A stretch of 33,142 bases of DNA from a virus (lineage: Duplodnaviria > Caudoviricetes). The notes beneath the pieces were generated by a model. It made no database searches and was not told where the DNA came from. It saw only the letters and a list, made by a program, of their open reading frames with translations. Positions 23,973-31,356 of the stretch are shown here, in pieces (position 1 is the stretch's first letter; each line of letters begins with the position of its first letter). The stretch is from the IMG/VR virus record IMGVR_UViG_3300037071_002456, positions 1 to 33,142 of that record; one strand, written 5' to 3'. The position numbers and the translations under genes were made by a program.

Positions 23973-25333
23973 CCGACCAGCCCCAGCGGCATGTCGACGT
24001 TGCGCTTGAACTGCTGCTCGAGGTAATCAGGATTTAGATCCACAAGGATGGCCCGCCGCGAGAGGCGCTGCGCCACCATGCCCACCGTGCCGCTGCCAGC
24101 GAAGGGGTCCAGGACCACGCTCGGCACCGGCTCGGCGTCGTGGGCACAGGATGGCTGCCAGCCGGTCGTCGCTGGCGTCTCGGGGTAGTAGCCGCCGACT
24201 CTCTCCACGCCGCCGCGATGCCGCGGCACGATGCCCTGTCCGTGGTAGTTCTCCCGCTGAGGCTCTGAGGCGACCCGCTCCACCACGCGCCGCCACGGGG
24301 CGCCGCACTCGGGACAGACGCCGCGCTCCGACGTGCCGGCCTTCACGCAAGGCTCGACCAGTTCCGGCGGGAAGACGGCGAAGTGCGCGCCGGGATAGGG
24401 CTTCGTGGCGATCGTCCAGACGGAGCGGCGGTTGCGGCCTGCGGGGTTGTGCCACGCTGCCGGCTGTCCGGCGGCTTGAGTCGGTGCGTCGTTACGACTG
24501 GCATCGACCTTCGTCTGAGACTGACGCACCCAACCGTTCGCGGCCACGTTCTCCGTATGGGCAGCGTTCGGCTGACGGATAGCCTCTTGGTCGTAGTAGT
24601 AGGTCGGTCGCTTCGATAGCAGGAACAGGTATTCGTGGGACTTCGTAGGGCGGTCGGTGACGGACTCCGGCATCGGGTTCGGCTTCGACCAGATGATGTC
24701 GCTGCGCAGGTACCAGCCGTCCGCTTGCAGTGCGAAGGCGACGCGCCACGGGATGCCGACGAGTTGCTTCGGTGCCAACCCTGTTCGTCGTGTCATCTCA
24801 TGGCTACCTGACGCTTCGCCTCGGCCGACCCGCTCGCTCCGCTCACGGGAGTCGCCAGTCTCCTTGTGGTAGGCCGCCCATGAGCGGTCGTTGGACAAGC
24901 CCCAGCCCTGCTGGCGTGCGATGTACGAGTCGCCGAGATTGAGCCAGCATGTCCCGTCCTGCCGCAGCACGCGCCGGACCTCGCGGAACACGGCGACCAT
25001 GTTGGCGACGTACTCCTCGGGCGTCGGCTCGAGGCCGAGCTGGTGGTCCTGGCGGACGGCTCCGCAAGCACAGTCGCCGGAGCGCACGCCGATGGAGCCG
25101 CGCTTCGTCTGCTGCTTGGGCCCGCCGGTGTCGGCTGTGCGGAGCTCCAGGCCGACGTGCTCATGGCCCGCCTCCCCGCCGTCCCACGAGGCCGTCCCGT
25201 AGTCTCTCAAGCCCCACTAGTACGGCGGGCTGGTGATGACGGCGTGAACGCTCTCATCCTCCAGGCCCGCCAAAACCTCCCTACAGTCGCCGCCATAGAT
25301 ACTCAGCCATGCGTCTTGGTGAACAGGCTTCAT
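23969..25333 (-). pseudogene. DNA N4-cytosine/N6-adenine methyltransferase with in-frame TAG right after catalytic SPPY
   Basis: ATG 25333 (RBS GGAG): MKPVHQDAWLSIYGGDCREVLAGLEDESVHAVITSPPY, then TAG at 25217-25219, then WGLRDYG...WLNLGDSY, IIWSKPNPMPESVTDRPTKSHEY, HFAVFP, VLDPFAGSGT in the same frame. Confidence 0.85.
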
Positions 25334-25355
25334 CGTGACTCCATACTAGATACGT

Positions 25356-25667
25356 TCATGCCAGCGACGCCCACAGGGAAGGCTCCTCGACAGGCACCTC
25401 CGCAGGGCTGGCCATCCGCTTCGCCGTGGCTCGCAGCGCCCGCGCCGTTAGAAGCTGGTTGATGGCCCTGCGCCGCAGCCGGCCAGCCATCTCGGCGACC
25501 TCCGCGGCGTCCTCGCTGACCCAGATGCCTTCGTCACCGGAGCAGATGGGCGCACCGGCGAGCCGCGCCACGAGGATCATCTCCTGGACTTCCCTCGTGG
25601 ACACGCCGAGCGCCTTGGCGAGCTGCGGCTGCGTCGCTGGCTGGCTCGACAGGTAGCGGAGGATCAC
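25356..25667 (-). CDS. Winged-HTH DNA-binding protein
   Basis: ATQPQLAKALGVSTREVQEMI..AR..GAPICSGDEGIWV. Confidence 0.75.
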   Translation of the reverse strand: MILRYLSSQPATQPQLAKALGVSTREVQEMILVARLAGAPICSGDEGIWVSEDAAEVAEMAGRLRRRAINQLLTARALRATAKRMASPAEVPVEEPSLWASLA

Positions 25668-26056
25668 GCCGCTCGTCGCTTCGGTGGCTTCTGCTTGCAG
25701 AACGCCGTAGAGCAGACCTCGAATGCCGTATATGCCTTACCGCTGCTGGCCGCGACGCCACCAGGTACCAACTTGGCCGGCGTCCCATGCTCAGGACACT
25801 TCCACTCCGGCGTCGTGCCGGTCTGCTCATGGAAGACGCGCTGTGCCACGCCCAGCGGGCCGTCGTCATCGATGGACTGCGGGGGTGGCAGTTCGGCCAG
25901 CGGCGGCTCTGCGTCGCTCCTGTTGGCCTCTACGGTGTTGTTAGCGATGACTGTCGCCCTGTATGGCGTGTTCTGTGCGTGCTCTGTCGTGTATTGCACG
26001 TCTGGCACGACGCCATCGGGCACCTCGATCGTCAGCGTGATGATGACCTTGTTCAC
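25664..26056 (-). CDS. Protein with C-terminal GRF-like zinc finger
   Basis: Start GTG 26056; WKCPEHG...SSGKAYTAFEVCSTAFC. Confidence 0.6.
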   Translation of the reverse strand: MNKVIITLTIEVPDGVVPDVQYTTEHAQNTPYRATVIANNTVEANRSDAEPPLAELPPPQSIDDDGPLGVAQRVFHEQTGTTPEWKCPEHGTPAKLVPGGVAASSGKAYTAFEVCSTAFCKQKPPKRRAA

Positions 26057-26211
26057 TTCTGGACTCCCTCTGCGATGATGCCGATAAGCGTGCCGAAGAT
26101 GATGATGCCGATGCCTATGAGGGTCACCGCAGAGATCAGCGGTCCCGGAGCTGCCAAGATCAGACCTACCGCGACGAGGGCCCCTGCGATCGGTCCAGCA
26201 AGACTCGTCAC
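26053..26211 (-). CDS. Small two-TM membrane protein
   Basis: GTG 26211 overlap; hydrophobic 52 aa. Confidence 0.55.
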   Translation of the reverse strand: MTSLAGPIAGALVAVGLILAAPGPLISAVTLIGIGIIIFGTLIGIIAEGVQK

Positions 26212-26990
26212 GCCGCACGCTCCTTCCGATCGCGCCACTCATCGGGCTGCGCCTGTTGCCAGTGCCAGAGGCGCAGGCAGGCGATGAACGCCTCGAAGTC
26301 GTCGCTGGTGACATCCTGGTAAACGAGCTCGTAGCCCTCCGGCCGCAGGTGGAGCAGGGCATACCGCTCGATCTTGGGCAGGCGGTATCGCTTGGGGTCC
26401 AGCGGCCGGCCCACGAAGCAGGACGGGTGGCCGTAGGCGGCGAGCTGGATGCGCATGGACGGCTGGAGAGTGGCGCCTGTCTTGACGTCGACCAGCGTCA
26501 CCGCTCCGTCGATCTCTCCGATGCCGTCCAGGGTTCCTCCGTACCCGTAGTCCAGTGAGCAGACCATCGCCTCGACCGTGAGCCACTTGACCTTGACGTC
26601 GCCTCGGAAGGCGAAGAAGGAGTCCATGAAGGGCGCCTCGGCCTCCGTTGGGTTGGTGATCGCGACGCGCCGCTCGTGATGCGCCCGCAAGACTTCCTCG
26701 ACCATCGCGTGGACGTTCGTGCCGATGCGCGCCTTGTCCTTGGCTTCCTTGTCGGTGACGGTCTTGACCGTCTTGATGGTCTCGTCGGCTCCGAAGTCGG
26801 CCACAAGCTTGGCGACGAAGTCCAGGTTGTTGACCGCGTACTTAGCGGTCTCACGCCGCGCCCAGCCGATGAGCGGGCCGGACTTGTCCAGCATCCCGAC
26901 GGCGCTGGTCACGCCGGGCAGCGGGCCTTCGCCGTCCCAGTAGTAGCGGTGGTACTGGTCTCGGGCGAGCCCGACCTTCGCGATGGTCAT
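26208..26990 (-). CDS. PD-(D/E)XK exonuclease (RecB/Cas4-like phage recombination nuclease)
   Basis: Start ATG 26990. HRY..LPGVTS, GTNVH, E..V...YGGTLD...LVDVKTG, QLAAY. Confidence 0.85.
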   Translation of the reverse strand: MTIAKVGLARDQYHRYYWDGEGPLPGVTSAVGMLDKSGPLIGWARRETAKYAVNNLDFVAKLVADFGADETIKTVKTVTDKEAKDKARIGTNVHAMVEEVLRAHHERRVAITNPTEAEAPFMDSFFAFRGDVKVKWLTVEAMVCSLDYGYGGTLDGIGEIDGAVTLVDVKTGATLQPSMRIQLAAYGHPSCFVGRPLDPKRYRLPKIERYALLHLRPEGYELVYQDVTSDDFEAFIACLRLWHWQQAQPDEWRDRKERAA

Positions 26991-27325
26991 GGCTTCTTCT
27001 CGACTTCTAGCTCGTGTTCGATCATGTCCAGGTACTCCCGCAGGAGCCGCAGCCCTTCGGCTAGTAACGGCCCGCCGGTCACGATGAGCTCGAAGCCGAT
27101 CTCGCCTTGGTACTGATCCGGCAGCGCCGCCTCGACACGTCGCCACGCTGCGCCGAAGTCCAGGTCGGCGGCGATGGTGGGGTCGGCGGCTAGAGTCTGC
27201 GCCGCTAGGTCACCCGGCCTGGCGTACCACTCCTGCGTATCTTCTAACGCTCCATCGTCATCAGCGTCGGGGAGTGCGCCGTCGCCGTTCAGCAAGGCCG
27301 TCGCCAGCCGCTCTACGGGCGTCAC
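26987..27325 (-). CDS. Hypothetical acidic protein
   Basis: Start GTG 27325 (overlap); MTPVERLATALLNGDG...; 112 aa. Confidence 0.55.
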   Translation of the reverse strand: MTPVERLATALLNGDGALPDADDDGALEDTQEWYARPGDLAAQTLAADPTIAADLDFGAAWRRVEAALPDQYQGEIGFELIVTGGPLLAEGLRLLREYLDMIEHELEVEKKP

Positions 27326-27516
27326 GGCAGCGGCACCGGAGGGCCGGTCACGATGGCGTCGATGATGGCGAGGCCGAACAGGGCGCCGAGGGCCAGCAGG
27401 AGCGCGACCTGGACGATGCCCGTCAGGATGCGGTGGACGAGCCGGCGCCGGTGGCTCTGGCGGACCTCGTGGAGATACCAGCCGTCGTAGGAGCCGGTGT
27501 GGCGGTAGCGGGTCAT
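27322..27516 (-). CDS. Small single-TM membrane protein
   Basis: 64 aa with ILTGIVQVALLLALGALFGLAIIDAIV. Confidence 0.55.
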   Translation of the reverse strand: MTRYRHTGSYDGWYLHEVRQSHRRRLVHRILTGIVQVALLLALGALFGLAIIDAIVTGPPVPLP

Positions 27517-27749
27517 GACTCGCCCATCGCTGCCACGAGGTCATAGACGATCTGCATCCCGATCAGGCGGGTCTTGTCGGTGCGCCACAGGTTCGTCGCA
27601 CCGTTCAGGCGATACAGATGATCCGCGACCTTGCCGTCGATGCGTGCCCAGCCGTAGGGCGACCGACGATACATCTGACCGTTGTGCTTCTGGATCTCTC
27701 CGACCAGTGCGTCGGGCCACCGGCTGGTCAGGACTTCGCTGGCAGTCAT
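27513..27749 (-). CDS. Hypothetical protein
   Basis: Start ATG 27749 (overlap); 78 aa. Confidence 0.55.
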   Translation of the reverse strand: MTASEVLTSRWPDALVGEIQKHNGQMYRRSPYGWARIDGKVADHLYRLNGATNLWRTDKTRLIGMQIVYDLVAAMGES

Positions 27750-28192
27750 TCCGGGCACCGCCCGCCCTCGACCCAGTAGCTCTTGAGAGGCTTGAGCCAG
27801 CGGTTTTCGTGGTTCCAGAAGACCGCGTAGACGCACTCCCGGTCGAAGCTCTCCGCGCCGATGAAGGCGTCGTCGTTGAAGGATCTATAGAAGGGCTCCG
27901 CTGCGCCGTCGAGCTTGTTGATGGCTCGGCGCATGGCCACGCGGCTCAGGCAGGCGTCCTCGGTCGGCCGATGGGCCACGGTCCCGCCGTTCACCACGAG
28001 GTCGCGCGCTCGCTCCATCTGGCGTTTGGTGCAGGCGCCGGGGACGTAGGAGAAGCCCTCGGTCGACGCTTCGCCGGCATGGCTCGGCAGCGGCGCGGGC
28101 AGGACGGGCGGATGGTCCTTGGCATGGACCGCTGCGCCGCCTGAGATGGCGGCGGCGGCGAGTGTCAGTGAGACGAGGATGGTGCGCTTCAT
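27746..28192 (-). CDS. Putative secreted protein
   Basis: 148 aa. MKRTILVSLTLAAAAISGGAAVHA signal peptide; four Cys in the mature part. Confidence 0.6.
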   Translation of the reverse strand: MKRTILVSLTLAAAAISGGAAVHAKDHPPVLPAPLPSHAGEASTEGFSYVPGACTKRQMERARDLVVNGGTVAHRPTEDACLSRVAMRRAINKLDGAAEPFYRSFNDDAFIGAESFDRECVYAVFWNHENRWLKPLKSYWVEGGRCPE

Positions 28193-28392
28193 TCGGTGGC
28201 CTCCCTCTCGACAGCCACGAGCTCGCTCTTGGCTTCGCTGATGAACTTGTCGTAGCAGTCTCGGTAAGAGATGGCCGCCAAGCGGTCGAAGGTGCTCATC
28301 TCGTCACCTTGCGCTCGGCTCGACCAGTGGGCGCGACGCTCCTCGAGGTCGGCGATCCACGCCTTCGCGGCGATGGTCTGGGGTTGCGTCAT
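28189..28392 (-). CDS. Hypothetical protein
   Basis: 67 aa; RBS GAAGGAG. Confidence 0.6.
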   Translation of the reverse strand: MTQPQTIAAKAWIADLEERRAHWSSRAQGDEMSTFDRLAAISYRDCYDKFISEAKSELVAVEREATE

Positions 28393-28427
28393 CGGTCTAT
28401 GCTCTCCTTCTGGCCGGGAGCGCGCCT

Positions 28428-28652
28428 CTATCTGGTGAGTCGATGCGCTCCCGGTCGGGCTATGCGACCTTCCTGGTCAGTGCGGTGGAGCGCGTCGCGG
28501 TAGCGGCGCTCGAGGTCCGGGTTGACGACGGCAAGCGCCTCGATCTGGTGGATGCGCTGCCGGACTACGCCCATCTGCGCGGCGAGCTCCTTGGTGGAGA
28601 CCCGCTCGCGGATGCGGTCGAGCTTGAGGTCCATGCCGGTCGTGACGGTCAT
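28428..28652 (-). CDS. Cro-like XRE helix-turn-helix regulator
   Basis: Start ATG 28652. DLKLDRIRERVSTKELAAQMGVVRQRIHQIE. Confidence 0.75.
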   Translation of the reverse strand: MTVTTGMDLKLDRIRERVSTKELAAQMGVVRQRIHQIEALAVVNPDLERRYRDALHRTDQEGRIARPGAHRLTR

Positions 28653-28807
28653 CAGCGGTTCTTGGCAGCGAGAGCCGCCTTCATCGCCTTGGTGGACTTG
28701 TAGACGACGCCCGTCTCGGTCTGCGTCATGCGCCCGTTCTCGCGGGTAACGAGGACTTCCGTCCAACCGTGACCCTTGGGAGAGGCGACCGCTGCGAAGT
28801 AGTTCAT
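28652..28807 (-). CDS. Small early protein (51 aa)
   Basis: Not in track. MNYFAAVASPKGHGWTEVLVTRENGRMTQTETGVVYKSTKAMKAALAAKNR; RBS AAGGAG. Confidence 0.55.
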   Translation of the reverse strand: MNYFAAVASPKGHGWTEVLVTRENGRMTQTETGVVYKSTKAMKAALAAKNR

Positions 28808-28914
28808 CGCGTGCTCTCCTTGCAGAAGTCCGACCGCTCGGTGCCGAGGCAGACCTTGCAGTGCTGCTTGGGGGTCGGGAGGGGCTTGTAGGTGTGGGGT
28901 CGGATGTCGCTCAT
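28804..28914 (-). CDS. First early gene, 36-aa H/CxxC peptide, probably leaderless
   Basis: Not in track. MSDIRPHTYKPLPTPKQHCKVCLGTERSDFCKESTR; ATG lies 7 nt downstream of the -10 box. Confidence 0.5.
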   Translation of the reverse strand: MSDIRPHTYKPLPTPKQHCKVCLGTERSDFCKESTR

Positions 28915-28920
28915 GCCGTT

Positions 28921-28948
28921 ACTATACACCCGCGCTAGCCCGTGTCAA
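28921..28948 (-). promoter_or_regulatory. Near-consensus sigma70/sigmaA promoter driving the leftward early operon
   Basis: TTGACA (28948-28943), 16-nt spacer, TATAGT (28926-28921). Confidence 0.8.
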
Positions 28949-28953
28949 GCACT

Positions 28954-28962
28954 TTATCCACA
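28954..28962 (+). promoter_or_regulatory. Perfect DnaA box
   Basis: TTATCCACA, 5 nt upstream of the -35 of the early promoter. Confidence 0.55.
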
Positions 28963-29048
28963 TTCGCTAGTAGGCCATCCGACGTAGTGACACGCTGGAC
29001 CGGCGCGGGTCATGCTGCGCTGGTCAACCCCTCACAGGAGACTCAGCC

Positions 29049-29147
29049 ATGCGCAAGCGCCTTACCGTCGCCATCTCCATCGCCCTGACCGCTTCCTTCG
29101 CCCTGAGCCAGCTCGTGCTCGCGGGCGTCGAGTGGACGAGACGCTAG
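29049..29147 (+). CDS. 32-aa signal-peptide-like micropeptide
   Basis: Not in track. RBS AGGAG; MRKRLTVAISIALTASFALSQLVLAGVEWTRR*. Confidence 0.65.
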   Translation: MRKRLTVAISIALTASFALSQLVLAGVEWTRR

Positions 29148-29149
29148 CC

Positions 29150-29344
29150 GTGGACCTGACCACCGTCCTCGTCGCGCTGGTCATCTTCGGCGTCATCGGA
29201 GCCCTCATCGCGCCACGCAAGGGCGTCAGCCCGTGGGAGGGCTTCGCCCTCGGCTTCATCCTCGGCATCTTCGGCGTCGCCTACCTGGCCATCAAGCGGG
29301 ACAAGCCACAGATGCCGTACTGGACGGCTGGCCCGCCCCGCTAG
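29150..29344 (+). CDS. Small two-TM membrane protein (superinfection-exclusion-like)
   Basis: Start reassigned to GTG 29150; MDLTTVLVALVIFGVIGALIAPRKGVSPWEGFALGFILGIFGVAYLAI. Confidence 0.65.
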   Translation: MDLTTVLVALVIFGVIGALIAPRKGVSPWEGFALGFILGIFGVAYLAIKRDKPQMPYWTAGPPR

Positions 29345-29365
29345 GCGAAGGGTGACGCTGGCGCG

Positions 29366-29384
29366 GGTCGGGTGAGACTCGACC
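29366..29384. terminator. Hairpin between convergent genes
   Basis: GGTCGGGT-GAG-ACTCGACC (one G-U pair) in the 44-nt gap between the convergent stops. Confidence 0.4.
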
Positions 29385-29388
29385 TCCA

Positions 29389-31356
29389 CTAGAAGACCTC
29401 CAACGCGCAGACGACGGTCACCAGGACATCGGCAGTCGTCGGAGCGAAGGTCCCTGAGCCGGTCGCCTCGACCATGAGCAACTGGCCGGCGCTGAACGTC
29501 GACCCTGCTGCGTCGAGAGTCCCTGACATGAAGGCCGTCTGCGTGTCCGTCCCGTCGATGGTCGCAGTGGGGCCGATGGCTACGCCGTTGGCTGAGGCTC
29601 GGAAGGTGCAGGAGCCGGTCGTCCTGGCCGTCGAGAGGCGCACACCGATACCGATGACCGTTCCGTCAAAAGGCAGGACGACTCGCGACGCTCCAGAGAT
29701 GGGCGTGCCGCTGACGTTGGCCGTCACGGGGAGGATGTTCTGCGCCCCGGACGCTGGCAGGTTGATGTCCGCACAGAAGTAGGCGACCGGCGCCGCGATG
29801 GATGTCCTGTAGGTGCCAGCACTCTGGGCCCAGATGACCCCCTCGACTTGAAGGATCTCCCCCGGCCCGAATGATCCCGGCGACGAAGCCTCAGCCACGA
29901 GGATGCTGCGCTTGGCGAAGTCCCGGCGGATGTCGGTGAAGTCGATGGAGCCCACAACGGTTCCTACACCTGGTCTCCGCACCACATGACGCATCCGCAG
30001 GTAACGGGCAGTCGCGGGCGGACTGACCCCTAGATCTGTGCCGTTGAAGGAAACCTCAGTGCCAGCCGTCAGCGGCGACGCTACGCTGACGTTCGTTTCG
30101 TCAGGCATCCCGATGGTCGAACGCGCGGCGTCGAGATATTGAAGGCGTTGGCTGACAGCGAAGGATCCGCTATTGGACGCCAAGGCCAATACGGTCCCAC
30201 GGACATAGTCGCCGGTCCATCGAGCTCGCGCCCCGCCCATGTCGATGATCTGCTCGAAGAAGGCTTCGTCATCCGTCTGGCCCGAGACGAAGGTCATCCG
30301 GAAGTTCGAGCCGCTGGGACTCGAAGCATCCGTCACCTGCTTCGCCGTGATGTTCAGGTTCGATGATTGGACGAAGCGCCAGTTGGGCATGAAGTTGCTG
30401 CCCGCGATCTCCTTGTTGACCGTCGCCCTTCGGGAGACCTGGTAGTGATCCGCGGCCTGTCCCGGCATGAGCGCGCCGGACCAGATGGCGAACTCATCCA
30501 GCGACCCGTCGAACCACGCCGTGCCGGCCTGCCTGCGCCCGAGGGTGATGTCCGTGGCACTTGCCACGATGGTCTGGTCGGAGCCGGTGCCCGGTGATTC
30601 CACCCCGTCCACGTAGATGGTCGTGGTCGTCGTGGCCTTGGTGATGATGGCGTGATGCCACGCGGTGTCAGTGAAGGTCGCGTCGGTCGTCCAGATGGCC
30701 GAGCCGGACTTCTTGACGAGCTGGAGCTTGTCGCTCGAGTTGAGGATGACTTCGTAGTCGTTGGCACCCGTCGAGATGAGGGCCTGCGTCGTGCCCATCG
30801 TGGCGCCGCGCTTGAACCAGAGTTCGAGCGAGAACGTATCTCCAGGGTGAAGGGCCGTCGCGGTCGGGATGTTGACGTAGTCGTCCGTCCCGTCGAAGTC
30901 GGCGGCCTTGTCCCTGAGCCCACCCCCGTCGATGTTCTCACCGGTCTGAAGGGCACCATCTACTCCGAGGGTCACGCCGCCGGTATAGGTGCCGTCCCTG
31001 CCGTTGACGACGTCGTGAGCGGTCGTCCCGCTGGTCTCACCGAGTCGCCAGTACCCGACGAGGTTGGAGCTCTGCGTGATGGTGCGCTCGTACTGCCCGA
31101 TGCCCGGAGTGATGTTCATCAGGGGGTCCGGCGGGCCCTTGGCGAAGGAGCCGTTGTAGACGCCGTAGTTGACCCAGTCGTTCTCGCTGGTCCCGTCGAT
31201 GACCTGAAGCTGTCCGTCCGGCCCTTCGACGGTGATGGCCCCTCCGTAGACGTGGAGCCCCGCGCGGTCCACCCCGAAGGTCGCGGAGACCGTGTCCTCG
31301 TCGGAGCCGGGGACGTTGCTCCCGCCGAAGCCCGTGGGGTTCTGGGGATCGCTCAT
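29389..31356 (-). CDS. Tail/receptor-binding protein with LamG (concanavalin A-like) domain
   Basis: 655 aa. LVGYWRLGETSGTTAHD, FDGTDDYV, FSLELWFK, WHHAIIT, IYVDG, FDGSLDEFAIWSGAL; beta-rich C-terminal domains. Confidence 0.8.
   Translation of the reverse strand: MSDPQNPTGFGGSNVPGSDEDTVSATFGVDRAGLHVYGGAITVEGPDGQLQVIDGTSENDWVNYGVYNGSFAKGPPDPLMNITPGIGQYERTITQSSNLVGYWRLGETSGTTAHDVVNGRDGTYTGGVTLGVDGALQTGENIDGGGLRDKAADFDGTDDYVNIPTATALHPGDTFSLELWFKRGATMGTTQALISTGANDYEVILNSSDKLQLVKKSGSAIWTTDATFTDTAWHHAIITKATTTTTIYVDGVESPGTGSDQTIVASATDITLGRRQAGTAWFDGSLDEFAIWSGALMPGQAADHYQVSRRATVNKEIAGSNFMPNWRFVQSSNLNITAKQVTDASSPSGSNFRMTFVSGQTDDEAFFEQIIDMGGARARWTGDYVRGTVLALASNSGSFAVSQRLQYLDAARSTIGMPDETNVSVASPLTAGTEVSFNGTDLGVSPPATARYLRMRHVVRRPGVGTVVGSIDFTDIRRDFAKRSILVAEASSPGSFGPGEILQVEGVIWAQSAGTYRTSIAAPVAYFCADINLPASGAQNILPVTANVSGTPISGASRVVLPFDGTVIGIGVRLSTARTTGSCTFRASANGVAIGPTATIDGTDTQTAFMSGTLDAAGSTFSAGQLLMVEATGSGTFAPTTADVLVTVVCALEVF

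Larger units (their letters stand above)
23436..23990. repeat. 23-bp perfect direct repeat pair at gene junctions (R1)
   Basis: TTCATCCGACCAGCCCCAGCGGC at 23436-23458 and 23968-23990; encodes PLGLVG* plus the overlapping ATG on the minus strand. Confidence 0.9.

Noticed and set aside
22521-23990. CRISPR array or diversity-generating retroelement explanation for the repeats
   Set aside because: Repeats are 12-bp tandem units or pairs about 500 bp apart; there is no repeat-spacer periodicity, reverse transcriptase or adenine-specific TR/VR pair.
23436-23990. R1 repeats as prophage attL/attR or an IS target duplication
   Set aside because: They enclose only about 0.5 kb with no integrase, transposase or terminal inverted repeats.
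25217-25219. Genome-wide TAG reassignment (alternative genetic code)
   Set aside because: Other genes are uninterrupted under the standard code and several end properly at TAG; no suppressor tRNA was seen.
26208-26990. Cas4 as part of a CRISPR-Cas system
   Set aside because: It lacks the four-Cys Fe-S cluster pattern and any cas neighbours or array; an ordinary phage PD-(D/E)XK exonuclease fits better.
25301-29053. 13-bp match ACTCAGCCATGCG at 25301-25313 and 29041-29053
   Set aside because: The contexts are unrelated (antisense inside a gene versus a start codon region); most likely chance.
29012-29149. N-terminal 46 aa of the 110-aa plus-strand ORF
   Set aside because: No RBS; the region is better explained by the RBS-led 32-aa ORF in another frame followed by a GTG start at 29150.
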